Below the pieces are notes generated by a model that did no database searches, was not told the DNA's origin, and saw only the letters and a list, made by a program, of their open reading frames with translations. A stretch of 64,000 nt of DNA, from assembly GCA_964016885.1 (NCBI GenBank), contig OZ024745.1, positions 104,904,001 through 104,968,000 on the forward strand, read 5' to 3'. Position 1 is the first letter of the stretch; each line of letters begins with the position of its first letter. The position numbers were made by a program, and so were the translations under genes. Positions 51,007 through 63,251 of this stretch are shown here, piece by piece. This DNA comes from Eledone cirrhosa (taxonomy: Eukaryota).

Positions 51007-51531
51007 TATATCTATACATATAGATATATATATGGAGGCACATGGCTTAGTGGTTAGAGCATTGGCCTTGCAATCGAAAGGTTGTGAGTTCAATTCTCAG
51101 ACCGGGTGATGTGTTGTTTCCTGGAGCAAGACACTTTATTTCACACTTCTCCAGTTTACTCAGCTGTAGAAATGAGATGATAGGACTGGAGTCCTATCAT
51201 TCCACTGCAAAGTGGTCGTGGAGGTGCCACGGCAAAAAAGCACCCACCACTCACTGTAAATAAGGTTGGTGTTAGGAAGGGCATCCAGCTGTAGAAATCA
51301 AGCCAGAATCAGTTCCCGTCTCACCCTTGCAAGCAGGGAAAAGCGGACGTAAAATGATGATGATGATGATATATATATATATATATATATATGCATATAC
51401 ATATATATGTAGATGAATCTACCAAAATATACGGTAGTATCCAATCCGTATGAAGAGCTCAATATAATCTAAATATCATGAAAAGAGGCATTCAAACATT
51501 TTCGATAAAAATCATAGGAAAACAGAGTCAA

Positions 51532-51788
51532 GATAAATTAATAAAAACAATGAACTAAAAACAAAGAACAACTTCCTTATATTAAAAAATTCATCATTTT
51601 ACGATCGTTTCTGGGGTGTATATGTGAAGGTATGTATATTTCCTCTGATAATTTGTAATATTTTTACATAGATCTATATATACATACCAACACACATATA
51701 TATATCCCTGAAACGATCGTAAAATGAGGAATTTTTTAATATAAGGAACTTGTTCTTTCTTTTTATTTCATTGTTTTTATTAATTTAT
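51532..51788. repeat. Head-to-head inverted repeat carrying hammerhead 3' halves
   Basis: 51532-51640 is the reverse complement of about 51680-51788. Both arms read CCCn-GAAA-CGATCG-TA-AAATG; the CTGANGA half is absent. Confidence 0.65.
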
Positions 51789-51814
51789 ATATATATATGT
51801 ATGTATATATATAT

Positions 51815-51849
<35 letters not shown>

Positions 51850-51951
51850 CACATATATATACGCATATATATATATGTATATATATGTGTGTATATATAT
51901 ACACACATATATATACATATATATATATGTATATATGTATATATATGTGTA

Positions 51952-52566
51952 CATCATCATCATCATCATCATCACCATTTTACGTCCGTTCTTCCACGCT
52001 AGCATGGGTTAGACGGGTTGTCCTGTTGTGGGCAGTGTCTGGTCGGCTGACCATGCCTTGCTCATACAGGAACTGATCTGGCTTGATTTCTACAGCTGGA
52101 TGCCCTTCCTAACACCAACCTCATTTACAGTGAGTGCTGGGTGCTTTTTCGTGGCGCCTACACGTCCACTTTACAGTGTGGGCTGGGTGCTTTTTTGCCG
52201 TGGCACCTCCACGACCACCTTGCGGTGGGGGCGGGGGGGGCATATTGTTTATATGCTTCAGCATGTACCCATGGGAGGTCGGGTACCCTGTATTACTGCG
52301 TGACGCCAGAAGTCACGGTCGTGTGTCATTGACTTTGAGAGGTGTAGTTGGGTAAGGTCGGCTTTTATCACCTCATCCCAAGTCATCTTGGGTCTCCCCA
52401 CTCCGCGGTTTCCATCAACTTCTAGTGCTCTGCACCTTTTTATGCAGCTGTCATCCTTCATACGCATCACATGTCCATACCAGCGTAACCGCCTCTCCTG
52501 CACGCAGCATTTGATTCCTCTCATGCTCAGTCTCTCTCTCAATTCCTTTATGCTTTGTCGTTCACG
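51952..52566 (-). mobile_element. 5'-truncated young RTE LINE, near-identical to 32482-33094
   Basis: By eye about 3 differences over about 615 bp; same C-terminal peptide ..VIQGTRPPMGTC. Confidence 0.95.
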
Positions 52567-52569
52567 AAC

Positions 52570-52608
<39 letters not shown>

Positions 52609-52652
52609 CATATATATATATGTATATATATGTATATATATGTGTATATATA

Positions 52653-52685
<33 letters not shown>

Positions 52686-52767
52686 GTATTTATATATATA
52701 TATATATATGTGTATATATATATGTGTGTGTGTATATATATATATATATACACATATATATATAACC

Positions 52768-52808
<41 letters not shown>

Positions 52809-52826
52809 TATATGCATATATATATA

Positions 52827-55800
52827 TGGAATCCTGGAGAGTGGAGGGGAGAGAAAAATCTGGACGCTCAGAGCGAAAATGCCAATGCTAAAGTCAAATT
52901 CACCTCGTGGACGAGAATGCGAGCACTCTTCTTTGTTTCGCCCGCGGATGGCTAACATAACCCCATCTCCCCCCGCCCCACACCACCCCCACCCTCCAAA
53001 CGCGATCCAAAACTTCAGAGTTGGTACCATAAATGTAGGCACCCTAAAGGGGCGCGCTAACGAGGTTGTAGAAATGCTTGAACGTAAGGAGGTCGATGTT
53101 TGTTGTATTCAAGAGACCAGGTGGAGGGGTGGGTCTGCTAGATTCATTGAGGGTAAAAAACGATGTTATAAGCTTTTCTGGGTGGGAAACGACGATGGGC
53201 TGGGTGGAGTAGGAATCATGGTAGCAGAAAAGTGGGCGGATAAGATAATAGACGTAAATAGAGTGAACGACAGAATAATTAAAATACGACTTGTCCTCAA
53301 TAGAACTACGGTGACAGTAATATCTGCGTATGCACCCCAATCCGGACTGCCCGGCACTATAAAAGACAGATTCTATGAGACACTGATGCTCACTACCTCC
53401 CAAATATCTGACAGTGACTATATAATTATTGCAGGCGACCTAAATGGTCACGTTGGGCAACATTGTGACGGCTACGACGAAATCCATGGAGGCTATGGGT
53501 TTGGTACTAGAAATGAGGAAGGCTCCAGAATCCTGGAATTCTGTGATGCAAATAACCTAACTATCTGTAACACTAACTTCAAAAAACGTGACAATCACCT
53601 GATCACCTATAGATCCGGGGAACACACAAGCCAGGTAGATTATATCCTTACCAGAAGACGTGACAGAGTGTCTGTTGTAAACACTAAATCCCTCCCCCAT
53701 GAAGAATGCACCTCCCAACATAGACTGATAATTAGCGACCTCATAGTCAGGTCGAGACGTACTCGACAGCAGAAGAGGACTATCCTCAGGAGAAAAATAT
53801 GGAAGCTAAAGGACCCCACAGCCAAAAATAAATTTCAAAACATATTACTTGATGCTTTCGACAGTAAGGAAGAACACTTAGAGTCGGACAATATAGAGGG
53901 ACAGTGGGAATTTCTGAAAGCAAACCTGCTGTTGGCCACAGACGAAGTCTGTGGCTGGAGCAGGCCTGTAGGCAGGAGGAGAGTAACATGGTGGTGGAAC
54001 AGTAAGGTGGAGGAGTCAATTAAGGCCAAAAAGCAGGCTTGGAAAGTATGGCGGGATGGGGGAAGTAGAGTAGACTATCAAGTGGCCAGGAGGGAAGCTA
54101 GGAGAGAAGTGTACTTAGCAAGAAGGGAAGCTGAGGAAAGAAAGTTCAAGCATGTCCTACAACGCGATGACCAAAAACGTGAGGTGTTCAGGATTGCTAG
54201 GCAATGCGTCAAGGAAAACCGTGATATTGTCGGGGAGAAGTGTGTACTTAACGATGATGGCATACTTGCCATCACCGACACTGATAAGAAGGCAGCTTGG
54301 AAGTGTCACTATGAAAGGCTACTAAATGAGGAGAATAAATGGGAGAAAGACAGTCTCCCCCATGTCGACCCAATAGAGGGACCAGCAGTGTTAGTCGAGG
54401 GGAGTATAATAAGTAAGGCAATCAAGGATATGAAGACAGGTAAGGCGGCTGGGCCTTCGGAAATAGTTGCTGAGATGCTGAAGGCATCTGGCACGGTGGG
54501 ACACACCATGGTCACCCGCATAGTTAACCAAGTCGTACAGAATGGGGTTGTTCCGAAGGACTGGCATAGCAGCATCATCGTTAACTGTTATAAGGGTAAA
54601 GGAGACGCCCTAGATAGGAGTAACTATAGAGGCATTAAATTAATCGACCAGGTCATGAAGGTCACAGAAAAAGTAATAGCGCAACTAATCAGAGAGAGAA
54701 TTGACCTAGATGAAATGCAGTTCGGGTTTGTGTCAGGCAAAAGTACCACAGACGCTCTTTTCATAGTACGACAACTACAGGAGAAGTACCTAGCTAAAGG
54801 TAAACCCCTCTACTTAGCTTTTGTCGACTTGGAGAAAGCCTTCGACAGAGTCCCCCGCTCCATTATCTGGTGGGCTCTTAGAAAACTAGGCGTTGACGAA
54901 TGGCTTGTGAGGGCTATACAAGCCATGTATAAAGAAACAGTCAGCAAGGTTAGAATTAACAACGAATATAGTGAAGAGTTTAGCGTAAAAGTTGGCGTCC
55001 ATCAGGGCTCTGTTCTCAGCCCCCTACTATTTATTATTGCCCTTCAGGCTATAACAGAGGAGTTCAAGACAGGCTGCCCATGGGAACTCCTATACGCAGA
55101 CGACCTGACACTCATAGCGGAATCAATGACCGAGCTAGAGAAGAAATTCCAAACATGGAAGCACGGCCTAGAGTCAAAAGGACTTAAAATTAACCTGGCT
55201 AAGACCAAAGTTCTAGTTTGTAGGAAAGAAAACAAGGCGGCGGTCCCTTCTGGGAAATGGTCGTGCTCGGTGTGTAGGAAAGGCGTAGGTAGAAACTCCA
55301 TTTTGTGTCCTAAATGCAAAGTATGGGTGCATAAAAGATGTAGTGGGATCACAGGTAAGCTAACTAAGAACATAGATTTTACATGTGGCCGGTGTTCTGG
55401 TGCAATAAGTAGCAGCAAGTGCCCACACAATACTAGCTCTTTCAATTGCGCAGAGGGTTCTATAGAAATAGTGGACAGCTTCCGTTACCTGGGCGATAAA
55501 ATCAGCAGTGGGGGAGGGTGCTCTGAAAGTACTGTAGCTAGAGTCAGAACTGGTTGGAAAAAGTTCAGAGAGCTTATACCACTATTAGCTGCTAAAGGGT
55601 TCTCCCTAAAAATGAAAGGCAGGTTGTACGATGCCTGCATACGAACAGCAATGTTGCATGGCAGTGAGACCTGGGCATTGTGTGCAGAGGATATACGCAG
55701 ACTAGAGAGGAACGAAGCTTGCATGCTCCGCTGGATGTGTAACAGTAATATACGTGAACGGCAAAGCATAAACGAACTAAGGAAAAAATTAGAGATAAGA

Positions 55801-56422
55801 GGGATCAGATGTTGTTTACTCGAGAGAAGGCTACGTTGGTATGGACACGTGATGCGCATGAAAGTCGATAGCTGTATAACAAAGTGCAGGGCAATAAAGA
55901 TAGACGGTAGCCACGGAATAGGCAGACCTAGAAAAACCTGGGACGAGCTGATAAACTCCGACCTCACACACTTACACCTCTCCAAGACAATGTCACTGGA
56001 CCGAGACCTTTGGCGGTACTCAGTAACAGAGAAGACCCGCCTTGCCAGTAGGCATCTCTAACAAAATACACCCCGTCCCACCACCACCACCCCCACCCCA
56101 TCCACACCACCCCGTCCTATGTAAAGTTATGTTGGTGCCGCGCCATCCGGGCCGAAACAAATGAGATCGTGTAGGTGTCACGACAAAAAAACACACAGTC
56201 CACGCTGTAATGTGGCCGTGTAGGCAACACGGTAAAAACCTCCCAGACCCACACTGTAAATGTGGTTGGTGTTAGGAAGGGCATCCAACTGTAGAAAACC
56301 TGCCAGACAGTCCTATGCGAGCAAGACAATCACTCTTGCCTCAAGTGGGACTACCCCCGTCCAAACCCATGCAAGCGTGGAACACGGACGTTAAACGTTG
56401 ATGATGATGATGATGATGATGA
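52827..56422 (+). mobile_element. Apparently full-length RTE-clade LINE
   Basis: Unique sequence between two (TA)n arrays, with a single long ORF, a 3' UTR with 48-bp repeats, a terminal hairpin and a (GAT)n tail. Confidence 0.95.
52948..56061 (+). CDS. RTE ORF: APE endonuclease, reverse transcriptase and PHD-like Cys4-His-Cys3 finger
   Basis: GTINV, CIQET, YAP, GDLNGH, VDY, SQH (APE); [33 protein letters not shown] at 55093-55104 (RT); no stops. The start could be 52879 or 52948. The ORF-track extension to 52555 is (TA)n read-through. Confidence 0.93.
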   Translation: MANITPSPPAPHHPHPPNAIQNFRVGTINVGTLKGRANEVVEMLERKEVDVCCIQETRWRGGSARFIEGKKRCYKLFWVGNDDGLGGVGIMVAEKWADKIIDVNRVNDRIIKIRLVLNRTTVTVISAYAPQSGLPGTIKDRFYETLMLTTSQISDSDYIIIAGDLNGHVGQHCDGYDEIHGGYGFGTRNEEGSRILEFCDANNLTICNTNFKKRDNHLITYRSGEHTSQVDYILTRRRDRVSVVNTKSLPHEECTSQHRLIISDLIVRSRRTRQQKRTILRRKIWKLKDPTAKNKFQNILLDAFDSKEEHLESDNIEGQWEFLKANLLLATDEVCGWSRPVGRRRVTWWWNSKVEESIKAKKQAWKVWRDGGSRVDYQVARREARREVYLARREAEERKFKHVLQRDDQKREVFRIARQCVKENRDIVGEKCVLNDDGILAITDTDKKAAWKCHYERLLNEENKWEKDSLPHVDPIEGPAVLVEGSIISKAIKDMKTGKAAGPSEIVAEMLKASGTVGHTMVTRIVNQVVQNGVVPKDWHSSIIVNCYKGKGDALDRSNYRGIKLIDQVMKVTEKVIAQLIRERIDLDEMQFGFVSGKSTTDALFIVRQLQEKYLAKGKPLYLAFVDLEKAFDRVPRSIIWWALRKLGVDEWLVRAIQAMYKETVSKVRINNEYSEEFSVKVGVHQGSVLSPLLFIIALQAITEEFKTGCPWELLYADDLTLIAESMTELEKKFQTWKHGLESKGLKINLAKTKVLVCRKENKAAVPSGKWSCSVCRKGVGRNSILCPKCKVWVHKRCSGITGKLTKNIDFTCGRCSGAISSSKCPHNTSSFNCAEGSIEIVDSFRYLGDKISSGGGCSESTVARVRTGWKKFRELIPLLAAKGFSLKMKGRLYDACIRTAMLHGSETWALCAEDIRRLERNEACMLRWMCNSNIRERQSINELRKKLEIRGIRCCLLERRLRWYGHVMRMKVDSCITKCRAIKIDGSHGIGRPRKTWDELINSDLTHLHLSKTMSLDRDLWRYSVTEKTRLASRHL

Positions 56423-56521
56423 TATATACATATATATACATATATATACATATATATACATATATATACATATATACATATATATATACATATATATATA
56501 CATATATATATACATATATAC

Positions 56522-56554
<33 letters not shown>

Positions 56555-56555
56555 C

Positions 56556-56616
<61 letters not shown>

Positions 56617-56635
56617 CATATATATACATATGTAC

Positions 56636-56682
<47 letters not shown>

Positions 56683-56685
56683 CAT

Positions 56686-57516
<831 letters not shown>

Positions 57517-57619
57517 ATATATATATATATATGTATATCTATATGTGTATATATATATGTATATATATGTGTATATATATATATATATATATGTGTATAT
57601 ATATATGTATATATATGTG

Positions 57620-57687
<68 letters not shown>

Positions 57688-59984
57688 TATAAATACGCAG
57701 TAAAATAGAAAAGAAATACCTGGCTGGAACAGGTGTAAGAATATAAAAAAATTTTTTTTATGTAGTAGTGCTAATTAACTGTGTCAGCTGCCCAGTTCAT
57801 TTTGGAGAGACAGGAAAAGATAACATTCATTTACACTTGCTTTAGAAAGTGTACACATTAAGTTAGCATGATAGGAAGCATAGAAAAGGATCAACTTTTT
57901 ATATTTATCAGGGAACAATATTCTGCATGACCTTTTGTAAGCTTTTGAAAACTAGAAAATCTAAAGCCGTGCAAGTTGCATGAGATAATGCAATAAGTGT
58001 GGTAGAAATAGAAAGAATCGCAATAGATCTAACATATATATAGGCATATATCTGATAAGAAGTACCATTGATGATATACGCTGTGATATCGGCACTTTTT
58101 GAAGTGATGATTGATTTAAAATTGTTAGATAGTTTACAGGCAGCACTGAAAACAAAATTGAAATGGGGGAAACTATACTACTAGCTTTATTATCTATACT
58201 ACATAACAGTTTGGTTAGGGCCTGATGGTTAGCATAAGACTCATGGTAAACACAAGGTCTGGGGACGAACAAAGCTACTACAAGAATAGACAAGATTTCT
58301 ATTCCTTTCTTTTATTATTATGTTTTTGATCTACTTTTCTAAGTTTATATTTTATGTTTTTTACTGCTATTATTTCAATACCAATGACTTAAGCACAAGA
58401 CAAGGACATATCAACTTTTTGGTTGAGTAGGGGGGATCAATCCATCCCTAAATCCGACAGTCTGGACTGTCTAAGCCCTACTGCATTTTGTCCATACAAC
58501 ATCATCTACTTATGACATAGCCTCCAGGAATAATTGAAGACAGCATTTGGTGGAAGGGACCCTTTGATCATTTAGAAAACACAACTCTAGATTCTGGTGC
58601 CTTGTTTAATGTAACGGGGTGACATGCCATTCAATTAACAGCTTGAGCAAGGCATGGACTCTGCAAGCTACATCACAGGCTATCCATGTAGGAGAACAGA
58701 GACTCTGAATAAAAAACTGATACAGAATAGAGGGAGCCTTTTTGTCCCCTTTCTATAGGAAAACCTCTCTAGGGCTACTTTCATGATGAAATGTACCCAG
58801 TACATACTGTAAAGTAGTTAGTGAAAGAAAGGGCATATGGCCACAGAAAATATACCAAAATGAAATGTATAGATGAAATACGGACTTCACAAGCTGCCCA
58901 TACTCTACCTATTTAAGGGTTCACTAACTCTGGATAATACAGGATAGACAAACTCTTTTAACGGGACAGAAATATTCATATGTTTTCTTAATGATTCTTT
59001 TTAATCCCATTCCATGTTACACTCAAATTCAGATCAATAAGATTACAACTTTTCAGAGAAAATGGTTTACTGACATCACCAATTCTGATTGTTACTCTTT
59101 GAATGGGAATAATGTACCACAGCTCCTCGCTATTTCAAACCTCTCTGATAATGCTTTCATATATTCAGTATATTAGAAGTTTATGAAAAAGGAAAAAAAA
59201 GGGCAACAACCCCAATGAATGTACATGGCTGAAAGGCTGTGGAAAATGAGTAAAAAAAAAGAATAGAATCTCTTTGTCTCTTTCTCTTGCTTTTTCTCTT
59301 TTTCCTTCCTCACTATATCAGAAAGGGAACCTAAAAGTTAACTACTTTACAACTATTATTTAAATAAATACTACATAACTTCTACAGGTTTTTGAAAAGG
59401 AAAAGGAAATAGCATAAAATATATAAGGTCTTTTTGGTGAACTGAAACGGACTTGTGATCCAAGACAAATATTTGAGTGTTTAAAAAACTCTTTCAAAGA
59501 TAGATATAAAAACTAACATTTGGTATTTACAGACTTAGAGGAGTTAAATAAGCTGTTTAATCATGGCTGTCAAAGGAAGATGTTAAGTAAAATGAGAGGA
59601 AATCTCATCAGTTCGAAAAGGTAACTTTGAAGAGGGAAGGAATGAAGTAAAAATAATTTTTAGTTATTGAAGAACACAATTCTTTATGTAATATGAAAAA
59701 GAATTGTCAGGCTTCTTCAAATCAGTCTCAACTAGAGCTTCTACACAGTCACTTGATTTGCTAGAAACACCAACCAAATCTCCCTCAAATCACATCCTGC
59801 TGTCTTCAAAGGGGAAAGAACACATTCGACAATATAGTTTTAGATGCCTCTAAAAAGATGATTGAAATACCTCTGCTCTTATGTCTGCTTCATCACGGTT
59901 ATATGGGGACTAAACAAGCAGAACAACATCAATAACTGGAGCATGCAACACATGTCATATTACTAATCAGATTATGTGAAAGTA

Positions 59985-60292
59985 TGTGGCTTTGTGATAA
60001 AGGTATTGTGGTTAAAGTCGTGAGTTCGATTCCTGGCGGCACGTAGTGTCTTTGAGCAAGAGACTTTATTTCATGTTACTCCAGTCCACTCAGCTGGCAA
60101 AAGTGAGTTGTACCTGTAATTCGAAGAGCTAGCCTTGTCATGTTTGGTGTCATATTGAATCTTCTTGAGAATTACGTGAAGGGTACTCGTGTCTGTGGAA
60201 TGCTCAGCCACTTGCACATTAATTTCATGAACAGGCTGTTCCATTGATGAGATCAATTGGAACAATCATCGTTGTAACTGATGGAGTGCCTT
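59985..60292 (+). mobile_element. CORE-type tRNA SINE
   Basis: Box B GAGTTCGATTCC, CORE block, and a tail shared with 34725-35020. Confidence 0.75.
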
Positions 60293-60579
60293 CCCAATCT
60301 GATAATATAAGTCTATAATAACAAACAAATATACACACACACACACATTTGAGTCCTCCTTTGGCCATGATTGACAATGTGTTTGCTCTTGGAAATTTAC
60401 TCTCCTTGCTTAGGCAAGGAAGGTTTTTTTGTGGAAAGCCACAGTCACCCAAGCATACCAAACTTTCTTCTCCATATCACTGATGTGGCCCAAGAGAAAG
60501 GAGAAGGGCCAATACAGCTTGGCATGACTGCAACTCACATTTTTCCAGCAGAGTGGACTCTAGTAACGTGAAATATAAT

Positions 60580-60760
60580 TGTTTCTACTTTTGGCACAAG
60601 GCCATAAATTACCCAGTGCATTACTGGTACTTTATTTTATCGACCCCGTAAGGATGAAAGGTAAAGTTAACCTCGGCGGGATTTGAACTCAGATCATAAA
60701 GGGAGGTAACTCTATGCTACAAAGCATGGTGTCCGACCCTCTACCAATACTGCCAATCCA
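60580..60760 (-). mobile_element. SINE A inserted in a CORE-type SINE (about 60530-60860, -)
   Basis: 12-bp TSD GTGAAATATAAT (60568-60579 and 60761-60772). Confidence 0.88.
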
Positions 60761-61449
60761 GTGAAATATAATGTCTTGAGCAAAGGCATAATGTACCACT
60801 CAGTCGAGGAATTGAACTCATGACCTTATAATAGTGAATTGAACACTACCTACAACACCACATACCTTCACATACACATACAGTCACATAAACACACGCA
60901 CATATATACACATACACTCACACACACATATACACACACTAACATGTACATGCACAAACACACATTTAAAAAAAAAAAAATAAATAAAACACTGTACACT
61001 AAACTTCACCATTGTTATGTCTGGACAAGTCACTGAGTTCAATATCATAAATAAGTTTATGTTGTCTTCAAGAAACAACTATTTCTTTCAGCTTGCTATT
61101 TATTGTTGTCAGAATGATGAATGACAAAGAAGTAACAGCTACAGTGACCAAACTGCTCTAATCCAATTTGATCCTATCTCATTCAGTTCCACTCAGGTTG
61201 ATTCAATCAGATCTAATCTGATAATTGCACTCATACAAGATATATTTAAGAAAGCTAATTAAATAAAACTTTGCAGTAGTTTTTCTGTTCTTGTATACCT
61301 ATGTGCACATGTGTGTGTGTGTGTTGTGTAAATATATTGCTTCTACTTTTGGCACAAGGCCAGCAATTACCCCAGTGCAACACTGGTGCTTTATTTTATT
61401 GACCCCGTAAGGATGAAAGGCAAAGTTAACCTCGGCGGGATTTGTTTGA

Positions 61450-61838
61450 ACTCAGAACGTATAGGGCCATAGCTCTATGCTGCAAAGCATGGTGTCTGAC
61501 ACTCTACATTAATATGCATATTTTTCCATGTACATGTATGTATATACTGCACTATGTAATTGACAGTTAGAGTGGTGACGTTGTTGTTGTTGTTGTTTAG
61601 CTGCAGGTCTTTGTTTCATCATCAGCAGTAAAAATATTGGGATTCGACTCAGAACGTATAGGGCCATAGCTCGATGCTGCAAAGCATGGTGTCTGACACT
61701 CTACATTAATGTGCATATTTTTCCATGTACATGTATGTATATACTGCACTATGTAATTGACAGTTAGAGTGGTGACGTTGTTGTTGTTGTTGTTTAGCTG
61801 CAGGTCTTTGTTTCATCATCAGAAGTAAATATATTGGG
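61450..61838. repeat. 197-bp tandem duplication starting inside a SINE A copy (61335-61508, -)
   Basis: ACTCAGAACGTATAGGGCC at 61450 and 61647; both units end in ATATTGGG. Confidence 0.9.
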
Positions 61839-62047
61839 TTTTATAGCATCAATATGAGATATACCATACAACTGTCGTATCTCAAACATTTTGGCTCTGT
61901 TCAAAGAATTGAAAGTATTTTTAAAGTTCATAATTTTTAACTCGTTTGATACCAGCCTTGCCAAAATCGGTTCTGGTTCTATGAGACAAAACAACCAATT
62001 TTTAAGTACTAGGATTTTTTCAACACACTGACGTATATGTGTAAGAG

Positions 62048-63214
62048 CAGCCTGTATCCTACATAAAGAGAGAGGAGTAGTATGAGGTAGTCATAACAGC
62101 AGTGGTAGCAGCCTGCATCAAACATAAAGAGAGAGGAGTAGTATGAGGTAGTCATAATAACAGTGGTAGCAGCCTGCATCAGAAGTAAATAGAGAGTAGT
62201 AGTATGAGGTAGTCATAAAAACAGTGGTAGCAGCCTGCATCAGAAGTAAATAGAGAGTAGTAGTATGAGGTAGTGATAACAACAGTGGTAGCAGCCTGCA
62301 TCAGAAGTAAATAGAGAGGAGTAGTATGAGGTAGTGATAACAACAGTGGTAGCAGCCTGCATCAGAAGTAAATAGAGAGGAGTAGTATGAGGTAGTCATA
62401 ACAAGTGGTAGCAGCCTGCATCAGAAGTAAATAGAGAGTAGTAGTATGAGGTAGTCATAACAACAGTGGTAGCAACCTGCATCAGAAGTAAATAGAGAGG
62501 AGTAGTATGAGGTAGTCATAACAACAGTGGTAGCAGCCTGCATCAGAAGTAAATAGAGAGGAGTAGTATGAGGTAGTCATAACAACAGTGGTAGCAGCCT
62601 GCATCAAAAGTAAATAGAGAGGAGTAATATGAGGTAGCCATAACAACAGTGGTAGCAGCCTGCATCAAAAGTAAATAGAGAGGAGTAGTATGAGGTAGTC
62701 ATAACAACAGTGGTAGCAGCCTGCATCAGAAGTAAATAGAGAGTAGTAGTATGAGGTAGTGATAACAACAGTGGTAGCAGCCTGCATCAGAAGTAAATAG
62801 AGAGGAGTAGTATGAGGTAGTGATAACAACAGTGGTAGCAGCCTGCATCAGAAGTAAATAGAGAGGAGTAGTATGAGGTAGTCATAACAAGTGGTAGCAG
62901 CCTGCATCAGAAGTAAATAGAGAGTAGTAGTATGAGGTAGTCATAACAACAGTGGTAGCAGCCTGCATCAGAAGTAAATAGAGAGGAGTAGTATGAGGTA
63001 GTCATAACAGCAGTGGTAGCAGCCTGCATCAGAAGAAAATAGAGAGGAGTAGTATGAGGTAGTCGTAACAACAGTGGTAGCAGCCTGCATCAGAAGTAAA
63101 TAGAGAGGAATAGTATGAGGTAGTCATAACAATAGTGGTAGCAGCCTGCATCAAAAGTAAATAGAGAGGAGTAGTATGAGGTAGTCATAACAACAGTGGT
63201 AGCAGCCTGTATCA
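62048..63214 (+). repeat. 61-bp minisatellite, about 19 copies
   Basis: Unit CAGCCTGCATCAGAAGTAAATAGAGAGGAGTAGTATGAGGTAGTCATAACAACAGTGGTAG. Confidence 0.97.
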
Positions 63215-63251
63215 GTGAATGTTAGATGCTGTTTTCTGTAGTTTGTCATAA

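Noticed and set aside
52555-52878. N-terminal extension of the 1168-aa ORF
   Set aside because: It runs through a (TA)n array from a non-ATG start inside the adjacent minus-strand RTE copy and is not part of the LINE protein.
53044-55985. Minus-strand ORFs overlapping the RTE ORF (and plus-strand ORFs over the R4-like element)
   Set aside because: They are antisense shadows of real coding frames with no independent motifs.
59533-59586. Candidate next TTLL exon (TTTACAG acceptor, ..HGCQRK..)
   Set aside because: The phase is incompatible with the phase-2 donor at 34160, and the expected KP..GCQGKG context is absent.
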